Assembly (NCBI GenBank): GCA_043228905.1
Contig: JBHGNT010000005.1
Coordinates: forward strand, 9,734,001-9,798,000
DNA: 64,000 nt
Direction of reading: 5' to 3'
DNA from: Azolla caroliniana
Taxonomy: Eukaryota; Plantae; Polypodiophyta
Shown here: piece after piece, positions 12,932-23,430 of the stretch
How the letters are laid out: every line of letters starts with the position of its first letter
Position numbering within the stretch: position 1 is the first letter of the stretch
Position numbers and translations under genes: made by a program
Notes under the pieces: generated by a model
What the model was told of the DNA's origin: nothing
Database searches by the model: none
Seen by the model: only the letters and a program-made list of their open reading frames with translations

Positions 12932-12975
12932 GCGTGGGTTCGCTGGACAAGGTCCTGGCCCACGGACGTGCCAAG

Positions 12976-13432
12976 TGTTACCCGGACCCGGACAGTCAGT
13001 TTTACCGAACAAGTGGGAAAGCGTCGAAAACGGAGTCGGTTCGGATCGACTGTTTGGATCAATGACTCAGCAGTAAACGAAGAGAACTAAGTTAGTTAGA
13101 TAATTTTGTAATTCTTGATAGTAAGTAGGAATAGTTCTTGATGAGAAAAGACCTTCGGTATACCTATAAAAGGGAACCGAAGGCATTGTAAGAAAGGTCG
13201 TTTTATTTAGTAATATAAGTTTAAGTTAGGAATATCCTGTACGGATTCGGTGTTCTTTCTATTGTCTATGTTGTTAAGTGCAAGCTTCCTAATTTATAAC
13301 TAAGTAACGATCACGGTAATTACCGATTAATATAGTATAATTCCGTTCGTAAAACACAATTCCTTGTTAGAACGTTGAGTAGCGACGTTCACTCTTCTGT
13401 ATCGGTAGTAGTTAGTAATTAACTGATTAACA
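12976..13432 (+). repeat. 3' LTR of Athila-like element
   Basis: Direct repeat of 4059-4515, followed by TSD AAAAG. Confidence 0.96.
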
Positions 13433-15065
13433 AAAAGCGGCAAATGATGGCAATGATGTGCGGGAACTGACAATATGTACAAGTGAGTGAGAAATTGAAA
13501 ATTGACAATGTCTTCATCACAAAGTGGGGAATCGATGAATCGACAAGGAAGTGTTAAGCATCCCTAATCCATGTTTAGTCATAAGTAGAGACAAATATAT
13601 CCTCTGATGTGTGTTAAAGTAGAGACAAATATGTCCACAATTTACAAGTTAAAGCTCACATGTGTCTCCTCCTAATCACCATTTCAATCATCATCACCAT
13701 ATCCACCTAGATCATTCTTAAAGAAGATGGAGAAGATGACGATGATCATGATGAAGGCGAATATGAACATGAAATGGTGTGTGGTTCGTGGAATCATGTG
13801 AAACTCTACCAAGATCATAGACATGAAATATCTTTATATGAAAACCATGGATCATTCGATGTACCAGTAATCATGAGAATTATCGTCAAAATCACATATC
13901 TGAGGTAGAAAATGGCTCAAAACAAAAGATTGGAAAGTAGGAGACAAGAAGGCAGAATGGATCGAGAAACGAAGACAACGATCGAAAACGCAAACGGAGT
14001 GACGACAATGGCTGTAATGACAACACAGCCAAAGCCTGAACCGGAAATGCCAAACGGAGATGGTTGGACAAGGCCGACAGTGTAGGGGAAGAGATTAACG
14101 GCGACAGAAACAACGAAACAACCAGCCGAAAAGCGGCGACCAGACACTCAACGGCTGAACGGAGAAGCACCAGCTGGAGAGCGGCCGAAGTGGCCGGATA
14201 GTAGTTGGAGCGGCTAGACAGAAGCCAGAGAGCCGGAATGGCCGGACAATGGCTGAAGGGCAGCCGAACTACAGTCGGAGTGGTTGGAGTGCCCGGATAG
14301 TGGCTAAACAACAGCCGACATCCGAACAAATGCCGGTACGACAGGCGGACAACGACGGGCCGGACAGCCGAATAGTGTGGCCGGAGAAACCAGAATGGCA
14401 AAACAACGGTCGGAGTGGCCGGAATGGCCGACGACAAATACCGGATGCCGAACGGGTAGAGACGCATAATGCTAGAGGGAGAGGATAGTTGGAGCAAAGG
14501 CCAGACAGGGGAAAGACGAAGAAGGACGTTGGATGGAAACAACCAACATGAGATATTGAGTGACGACCAACAACTACGACAACGGTGACAGAAAGAGAGA
14601 CTCAAAATGGACAACTGAATAGGGATGAATGGAAACCCTAGCCACACCAACTGAGAGCAATGGAGAAGGAAAAGGAACAAAGATATAGAGAAGGAAGCAG
14701 AAAATTAGAAGAAACCAAGAAGGAAAACGCAACAAGAAGAAGAAGAAGAAGGAAGGAATCGGAGGACACAGACAAATAGAAAGGAGGGAAACGACACAAG
14801 CAAGAGAAAAACAAGAAAACAAGAAAAGAAAAAAGAGGGAAAAAGAGAATGATAAGGGGCATCCGTGGAGTTTTGAAAACCTCAGGGCATCCGAAGATTT
14901 CATAAACATAAGGGTACATAATTAAAATTTTAAAAATCAAAGGGCCCCTACAGAATTTCAAAAACTCATGAACCTAAAAGAAATGGACGCGATCCACACA
15001 CAATTCACAAGATACAAAGAAGTTCAACACACATACACACAATGTCTTTTTGACAACCTGAATGA

Positions 15066-15284
15066 TGTTACCAAAGTTTGTGAGCTGACAGAACAAGAAT
15101 GTTCGTGTCGATGAAGTCGTTGACCGAAGGAGATGTTCGAGTCAAGCGCCCCGATCGAGGGAGTCGATCGTTGATGTTACCGAAGTTTGTGAACGACAGA
15201 ATGAGAATGTTCGTGTCGATGAAGATTTGTTGACCGACAAAGAGGTTTGAGTCAAGCGCTCCGATCGAGGGAGTCGATCGTTGA
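15066..15284 (+). repeat. Tandem ~109-bp duplication; each unit begins TGTTACC (probable LTR 5' end)
   Basis: 15066-15174 vs 15175-15284 share gaatgttcgtgtcgatgaag and gagtcaagcgc.ccgatcgagggagtcgatcgttga. Confidence 0.8.
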
Positions 15285-16299
15285 GAGGACCGATGGAAGT
15301 TCCGGTCAAAGAAAGATTATGATCAAGGCATGTGGGATCGACATGCAAGGCACTCTCCCACACGCGTAAGATAGATTTCACTTAGCACAGAACAGTAATT
15401 ATTAATGATTAAGATACAGAACAATAGCACTCCATTAATTATCCGCTAATGATTACAATCTAACCGGGCCCTTTTATAGGTCTTCGGCTTTAGGTACAAA
15501 CCGGTGCCAACCAGCAACTGGTTACGAACCGGTCCGGATCCGGATCGGCATACCAATCCCGGGTCCGTCCGTTCGCTTCTCAAAATCATAATAATTCTAT
15601 ATTATAAATAATCAGCTCCCGGTTATTAATTATCCCCCTTTTCCCATTCTGGACTTCCCTTGGCGGCCGGCTAACACATGGCACGCTCGTCGAATCCCAC
15701 GATTCGGCCTTCATTCTTCCTCCAAAATGTCCAGAATGCTTTGATCTAAGGGTTCCAATGGTTCCTCAGGAAGTTGTTTAGTCATATGTTGTTGTTGTGG
15801 TTCCTCCTCCTACTATTGCCCTGACTTCTGCTGTTCCTGCAGGTATGGCTGCCCTCGTTGTTGCTTCGGCTCCAACTGTGGCTGCTTCACTTTAGTTTCC
15901 TGCGACTCTGTTGGTCTTACTGGCTCTTCCTCCTTTTCTGGCTCTACTGGTCTTACTAGCTCTTCCTCCTTTTCTAGCTCTAATGGTCTTAGCGTCTCCT
16001 AGTGCTACTGTCCAACGTGTACCGCTTCTTGCGGATGACCTTCCTTTAGCGGCTCCTCCTGTTGTTGATTTACGGTATGTCGGTTTCCATCCGTCGGCTG
16101 CGCCTCCAGAGTTATGTTTGTCTTCTCCTCCTGAGTTCCATATAGCTGGCTTTCCCCCGTTTCGGCTTCTGTCGGTACCTGCTCCGAAGACTGCTCTTCA
16201 TCACTAATGTTGATCTCCATAGTTCTTCGGACCACTTCATGTCGTCGCCTTTCTCGTTTATACCACTCTAACTAGAGTTGTGTATCCAGCTGGTCATCG

Positions 16300-17399
16300 T
16301 TCCCAAGGAATATCACTTGCAATGAGACGGAAATTGGCAGCATATGTCGAAGCTGGTTGATCACCTTGACGAAGTGTACGAATCTTGTTGATAGTTGTTC
16401 TCCCCCATCAGTATCTTCGAAACAAGCCTTAAATTCCTTGATAAATTCCTCGAAATTATTCAGTAGAGGAGAATTGGTCTCTAGCAATGGAGCAAACCAC
16501 GACAACGCTATGCCAGTCAATAAGGTGCCCACTAGCCCGACTCGTGATGCATCTGTTGGATAACGCGCGAGATGCATTTGAATCACCAACCGTACTTGAT
16601 TCAAAAAACCTCGGAAATGCGCCCTTGACCCATCAAATTTAGCTGTGAGGCTAATTTTGGGCTCCTTGATAAGTCCCTGACCTTCAACCTTTTGTTGTTG
16701 TAACACTATGATTGTCGACTCTAACTGTTGCACTCGTCGCGTGAACTACTCTTGTAGTTGTTGCTTCTCTATAGTAACCTTTTGTAGATCCCCAAGTAGA
16801 CATTGATTCTCTACTTCAAGAGATGCGAACTTGGATTTAAGGTTCTCCATTTCTGCAACAAGGGTGAGATATTCTTCTGAGTTAATGGCCGCCATGGTTT
16901 CAGGATGGTTACAAAGGAGGATGAGAGAGAGAGAGAGAGAGAATTCGAATCAAACTGTCAGAACCAAGGATAAAAGATAGAGTAATGGAAGAAGGATATT
17001 AGAGAACACAAGAAGAAAGGAACCAAATACTAAGAGAAGAATGGATGTATAAGATAGAGAAAGAAAGAGAATGGATACAAGATATGTAATAAGAGCTAAA
17101 GACTGGTGTTGATTCGAATTGATTTGAGAATACATGTATGCCCTTATTTATAGGTTCCTATAGAATAGCTTAGAGATTTCTAGAATGTTCTAGAATGTTC
17201 TAGACCTAGAATGCTCTAGGACATTCTAGAACATTCTAGAATAATCTAGAGTTTTTACAATAATCAATGTAATACAAGAAGTACCTTTTATTGTTTCATA
17301 TAACAATAAGCTATCTTAATGGTTGAGGTTTTCAAGTATGGATTACAAGGTTCGAGGTTCAAGTCTGGGTGACGCCATAATGGTCATGTGTTCATGACA
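16300..17399 (-). mobile_element. Tcn1-like chromovirus fragment: 5' LTR (17399-16956) and gag N-terminus (ATG ~16895)
   Basis: TGTCATGA...CTGACA LTR; gag EPKISLTAKFDGSR..FLNQVRL..LTGIALSWF; self-complementary PBS. Confidence 0.85.
17178..17241. promoter_or_regulatory. Heat-shock element arrays in LTR U3
   Basis: TTCtaGAAtgTTCtaGAAtgTTC (17178-17200) and TTCtaGAAcaTTCtaGAA (17224-17241), just upstream of the minus-strand TATA at ~17153-17146. Confidence 0.7.
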
Positions 17400-18702
17400 T
17401 GATTAGCCAATTCATGCAGAAGCCGACCGTAGAGCATCTTCAATGCGCGCACTGAATACTGTGGTATGTGAGCGGCACGAAGGACCGGGGACTATTATAC
17501 CAGCGATCTACTGCGACAACATAAGCAGCATGCAGCTCGCCAAGAACCCCGTATTCCATGCTCGCACAAAGCACATAGAAGTGCATTATCACTTCGTGTG
17601 TGAGCGTGTCCTAAGCGGTGAGGTCGAACTTCGGTATGCTCACACGGATCGGTAAGTTGTCGACATCTTCACCAAACCACTCGGATCGGACAAGTTGCAG
17701 GACTTCACCGAAATGCTTGGTGTTTAGCATCTCGATGTGCCACACTTGAGGGGGAGAACGGGCAAAAACACCAGAACGGGCAAAGGCAAAGAGACTACCG
17801 AATGTGCCGGTGAGGGAAGAATCGATAAAGGGAGAGTCAAGAAGAAGAAGGGAGCCGAGTCGACAAAGGAAGTTGACACATCCGAACAAGTCAGAACAAG
17901 CGGCAGCGGCGGCAGAGTCAAGAAGGACAAAGCCGACCGGAAGAAGAAGGCCAAGACCCGGACATGGTCCGATGTGGTGAAGGGCCTAGAACCAGAAGAA
18001 GAATCGGGAGCAACCGATTCGGACAAGAGCTGGAATGAATCGGAGACAATCGATTCAGTTCAACAGACATATTCGGAAGAACCGGATCAATTCAAGGCCA
18101 AGAGGACGAGAAGGTAGTGAAAGTCGACGCCAACACGAAGGAATCGGCGAACCGGCACGCGCCGAAGTCACAGCAGCGAGGGAGCTGAATTAGGCCTGTT
18201 GAGCAGACAAGCTGACTAAGGAGGTCAAGGTGCGCAGAACAAGAGGGGTTGCGGCAAACAGAACCGAACCGGACGAGGAGTGCGAGCAAGGCGGAGTGAC
18301 GTTAGAAGGACCCGAGCAAAAGGACCGGTTGCCACAGACGTTGACACTACGACCGGACCTCAAGTTGTGCTTGAGGGGGAGTGTTGAGCGGCAAGCTCAA
18401 TTGGAGCCGACTCGGCTGAATAAGCCTGAGCCGTTCAGCGAGACGGATCGGTGAGCCAGTAAGCACCCGGTGAGCAAAGAGCTGGTGAGTTGGGGAGCCG
18501 GTTAGCCGGATCCATCAATAACCGGAAACTTAGTAGCAGCTAGACTACTAGGGAGTTATTACACTCGTAGTTAGTGTCAGATGCTCAAGTGAGCATTGAA
18601 GTACACCGTACTTCTGTCAGTCCGTATGGACTTGTATAAAAGTGTTCGTTGAACACATACAATGTACAGAGCATTGATATAATTTTTTGAATAGAGATTC
18701 TT

Positions 18703-18755
<53 letters not shown>

Positions 18756-18840
18756 GTCTCTCCACGTACTATTAAGGTTTCCATTAAACCTGTTCTCTGT
18801 TTTCTGTTTTTATTGCTTTTGCACGCTATTTGTTTTTACA
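17400..18840 (+). mobile_element. Ty1/copia 3' fragment (RT end, RNase H, 3' extension, PPT 18371-18381, 3' LTR 18382-18840)
   Basis: ISQFMQKPTVEH, IYCDN..AKNPVFHARTKHIEVHYHF; TTGAGGGGGAG then TGTTGAGCGG...TTTACA. Confidence 0.9.
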
Positions 18841-21823
18841 ATAGGGGTACAATTTTTGGGTTTTCTTCTAAATATTGGTTGACCTCTTCGTCAGCAAGCC
18901 CCTCGAACATGTTTACACCTTCCGCATATAGTGGTGTCAACTCCTTGCCGGTACTCGATCGAGGGTGGGTAGGTACCCTTACTTTAGCCTTTCTTCACCG
19001 AAAGGTAATCATGTTTTTCCGCCAGTTTTCTTTGATATGCGCCGTTTTTAGTAATGGGCGGGCCAACAACAGCGGGTAAGCCCCTTGCGCATTGAGCTGG
19101 AGAACCACCGCCGAAATGCGGAATGCGTGTCCTCCGATAGTTACGTCTAAATCCCGTATCAAACCGGTAGGTCTTACCGAACTTGTATCCGCCGTCCAGA
19201 GCCAAAACGGGCAAGCCTCCCATTCCTAGATTCCTAGGGTATTACAAGTCCGTAGACTAATCACATTCACGCCCGATCCTCCGTCCACTATCGTCCCTGG
19301 TAGTTCTCATCCTTTGACGATGGCTGTGATTGTCGGACTATTCGTATCAACTACTGTTGGCCCTTCTTCCGGATTTGAGAAGAATGCAGGAGCCGGCAAC
19401 AGATTTGATGTGGTCATTCCTTATTTCAGCTCTTCCGTAAACCAGGGCACTAGCTGTAATAATCGACCCAATGGCAGCGTAATTTGACATTCTTGTAATG
19501 CTTGCCATGTTGGGTTTTCCGGCTGAATCGTGTCAATGGCCTCTTACGGTTTCTCCTTTTGTTGTTCAAGCTCAGCCACATTCCGCTCATTTGCCTTCTT
19601 CACCCACTCGATGGCTTGCTTTCGAATTGCCTCCTGTGTTTCCCACTCCGTTATTTTGCCTTTTGCCCTGGTGGTGACTTGTTGTATGTCGACGACTTCT
19701 GCTACCACCATATTTACGGCTGGTCTTTTTCAGCATTCGCTCCGGTACTCGGTTGAGGTCCTATTGGTGGTCAGTTAGGTGCTTGGCCTTGGTTCGGTTG
19801 GGTACTTGGTGTGTCCTTGTCCAGCTACCATTGATGGTCCTCCTTTCAAGCGTTCCATTTTTTGTTGAAGCGTTTTTTGTTCCGATAACCCTGTCGGGGC
19901 CGATTTTCATAATTGCCTTGATCCTCCCTTCGTTGGTTGTAACCAGGGGAGTGGTCCCGGTTGTATCGCTCATATCGATCACTGTTGTAATCCCGGTAGC
20001 TATCCTGCCGGTCTCGGTCGTGAGCGTCTTTTCTGTCGTTGTACCGGACATCTTGCGTTGGTCGGTAACGCTCATCTTGCCGCTAGCATTCTTCTTCCTC
20101 CTCTCGGTTACTCCGGGGTTCGATTTGCCTTACCGGTGCCACTTGCCGGTTTAGCAAGTTATATTCGCATCAGTCCATTGTGTGCGCCCTGGAATGGCAT
20201 AACATGCACTGTGTTTGCATAGTACATTCTATTGCCGAGTGCCCAGCATTGAGACAAGTCGTACATTATATGGCTTGCCGAAAACGTAAGTCGTCTTCTG
20301 TTTTCTCCATCTCCCTAACCCGGTCTATGACTTGGTCGATCATGCTGGTGCGGGAATCAATCACTGCGCACACCATACGCAGGGGTTCCCGGAGTGCTGC
20401 TAGCAATATTGCTTTAGCCTATGCTTCCGGTGGTGCTTGATTTAGCTGGTTGTGCATTCGTTGGAACCAGATTACGAATTGTTGAATGGTTTCCGTAGGT
20501 TCCTGACGTATAGTGCAGAATAGGCTGACCGTCTCCCGTTGATCCACCTCCTTGTTGAAGAACTATAAAAAACTGGTTTTTAAGTCCTCAAACGTCGTTA
20601 TGGTGCCGGGAGGGTGCGTCAAGCGCCATCGCGTGGCTGGTCCTTCCAAGGTCATGCCGAACTCTACAATCTTCGAGCGTTCTGCTTTGGCGGCGGTCAA
20701 GCGTTGCGACACATGGTTTGCTTCCTAGGTTTGTAGAAATGCATAGACATGAGCTTTCGCGTCCGGATCATCCCGATACTTGGGATATTGGAACACGAGA
20801 TGTCGTCGTCGTCCGGTGTCGGAACACGAGCTGGTGGTGTCGGAGGTCTCCCCTCCTCTTCTTTCTATGTCAGAGGTCTTTCCTCCTCTTGCCGTTCTAG
20901 GGCTTCCAGTTCCGTTAATACCGGTTCTGGTGTCGGCAAGGTATCCGACAGCTCGTCCACCGATCCGTCTGGGGTGTCGTGGATGCTATGGTAATTCAAA
21001 TGGGCGCTGCATTCGCTGTCCATATTCCGATTCGAGGGCCGAGAATGGTTCTAAATCGCCTTCCCCTTTTGTTAATGCTTGCAGAATGGATTCCGCATCC
21101 AGGAGATTGCTCAAGCTGCTTCCTTCATCCGGGTGGGGAGTCTGTTGCATGCGGAGTGACTCCGCGGCCACTTGCCGGATTACTTTGGAAAATGATCGAT
21201 CCGCACGGATCTCTTCTGCCTCCTGCTGGAAAGCCTCTCGCTTCCGCAATCATTCGGCAAGTCTTCTTGCGTCCTCCGTAACCGGGTCATTCGTTGGTCT
21301 AGTCATCCATTCCCGCTGCTATTCACTACGTTTGTGCAGGAATCGTGGTCGCCAAAAACTGTGTTAACGCTAGGGCCGGACAATGGCCTAACACAGGGTG
21401 TCCCTTTGAGACACTTCACCAAAGGGGTGTTGTGTTGAGATAAACTTAGACCAACTATTAATGAAACCCTAATTGGTTACTCATTGGCAAGATCATTAGT
21501 CACAATACACGCGTAAGATAGATTTCACTTAGCACAAAACGGTAATTAACAATGATTAAGATACAGAACAACAACACTCCATTAATTATCCGCTAATTAT
21601 TAAAATCTAACCGGGCCCTTTTATAGGTCTACGGCTCTAGGTACAAACCGGTGCCAACTGGCAACCGGTTACGAACCGGTCCGGATCCGGATCGGCATAC
21701 TGATCCCAGGTCCGTCCGTTCACTTCTCAAAATCATAATAATTCTATATTATAAATAATCAGCTCCCGGTTATTAATTATCCCCCTTTTCCCATTTTGGA
21801 CGTCCCTTGTCGGCCGGCTAACA

Positions 21824-22132
21824 CAAATGAGAGAGCAACAAAGAGTAGGAAGAGACGCAAGAGCGTGTGCGAGAGAGTGAGGCAGAGTTTAGAAAAACTT
21901 GCCTAAACCCTAAGCGGGTATTCTCTATTTTACACAGACTTGTAAATCTTCCCTTTGTACCTTTGTTCATAGTGAAAACTTATTGTCCCATGGTTTTTCC
22001 CTTTTTAGGGTTTTCCACGTAAATATTGTGTATTGTGCAGTCTTTCTGTATTTGTTGTTTCTCTGTTGTCTATTTCCGATTTGTGTACATTTCAATCTAT
22101 CGTTCTCATAGATATACGGTCCTATCTCAACA
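21824..22132 (+). repeat. Probable R-U5 remnant of a Tork/Tnt1-like copia LTR
   Basis: GA-rich R, ttgtaaat and gggttttccacgtaaa motifs typical of this LTR type; ends CTCAACA; no TSD confirmed. Confidence 0.45.
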
Positions 22133-22134
22133 TC

Positions 22135-22480
22135 ATACCTATTAAGAACGCTCCTACCACCCCGAGTCGGGTGGAATCCATTAGATATCAATTGGGATGC
22201 ATATGGATCACAAGGTGTACCTGGATTAAAAATGTTCGAAATTGAGATTAAGTACCATCAAACTTTCCTAGTAGGCTGATCTTTGCCTCCTTGCGGGGGA
22301 TTTGGAAACTTGAACCTTCTTGATGTAAATATAATAAAGTTGCTTTAAGTTGAAGAATGTTTTCTGATGCTAATTGTTGTAAATCCCCAAGCAATCTATG
22401 ATTTTCTTGCTCTAATGCCACAAATTTGGCAGATAAAATAGTGTTCAAAGAGAACATATACATAATCATGATTACGAACG
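22135..22480 (-). pseudogene. Degenerate chromovirus gag remnant
   Basis: EAKISLLGKFDGT*SQFRTFLIQVHLVIHMHP, homologous to 16520-16670. Confidence 0.75.
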
Positions 22481-23430
22481 GACTCTATTGCAACAATAAA
22501 GAGTGAAAAACTCTCAAAAAGAAGAAAGATTCTATTTCCAAACACTAGTGATGGAAAAGCTTACTATTATATTCCTTGTGACAACCATTGAGACAACTTG
22601 CTTATTTCCAAGCACTAGCAGTGGTGAAGCCTACTGTCATATTCCTCATGGCATTTATACTAGCCACATTGAATGTGACCAATGCTAAATAGATAGGGAG
22701 CGATTGTTGACGAGGAGAGATGAGATCGACGTAGCCAACAAGATTTCAAGAAGGAGAGGCACAATCAATGTTGTGAGGGATTCCTCAATTAGGGAAGCTA
22801 TAGATACAAGAGTGAGTTAGAAAAACTAAATAAGACGAGAATGACTGAAGCACCAACTTAGATAACATGGTTGAACCCATGTATGTTCACCATCTTGCAT
22901 CAATTGATTATATTGTCTCTATTAGTAGAGAGTGGAACCATGAAGAGTGACACCAATATGAAAGACATGTAATTAAATGCAGTTTCTTGATTGGTTTGTT
23001 TGTTGGTTGGTGGCATTGTGCCACAATGGGACTCTTTAAGCCATCTTCTCAATATTTCCATGAGCTCATAAAGTCAATTTAGAGATCATCATCATCATCA
23101 TCAATTTTTATATTTTTTGGGAATTCATCACACAAACATAGTATTGTGAATACACTCATGTAAACTATCAGTTTGTTCACCTTTTGTGAGGGTCAAGGGC
23201 ATGTTGACTTGAAAGACAAGGCCCCACAACTAGACTACGCAAGCAGTCATGGAAGGTAGGACAAAGTTGCCATTGAGCTAGTATTTAAGAGAGACAATTT
23301 GATCAATTCTATGGTTAGAAAGGGATGATTGACTACTAGATATAGATATTGGTATGATTCTTCATCCTACGAGTTAACAAAGCAACGATGGATTGAATCA
23401 AATTTTGATGTGAATCTAGGAAAATGTGTT

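Larger units (their letters stand above)
4059..13432 (+). mobile_element. Full-length Ty3/gypsy non-chromovirus (Athila/Tat-like, no additional RNase H seen) with an extra 3' ORF
   Basis: 457-bp TG..CA LTRs at 4059-4515 and 12976-13432 (2 mismatches seen); TSD AAAAG (4054-4058 and 13433-13437); gag-PR-RT-RH-INT order. Confidence 0.96.
15360..21823 (-). mobile_element. Second Athila/Tat-like element, pol deleted, interrupted by copia and chromovirus fragments
   Basis: 5' LTR 21823-21362; truncated 3' LTR 15676-15360 matching 21823-21507; PBS TGGCGACCAC at 21354-21345; gag-PR 21310-18841 homologous to 4575-7080 (CEYNLLN, QQVTTR, EWEACPFWL, KIVPL); extra-ORF remnant ends SILDILEEE* at 15711. 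Confidence 0.88.

Noticed and set aside
13892-14961. Minus-strand L/S/F-rich ORFs as membrane proteins
   Set aside because: They are by-products of the purine-skewed low-complexity plus strand.
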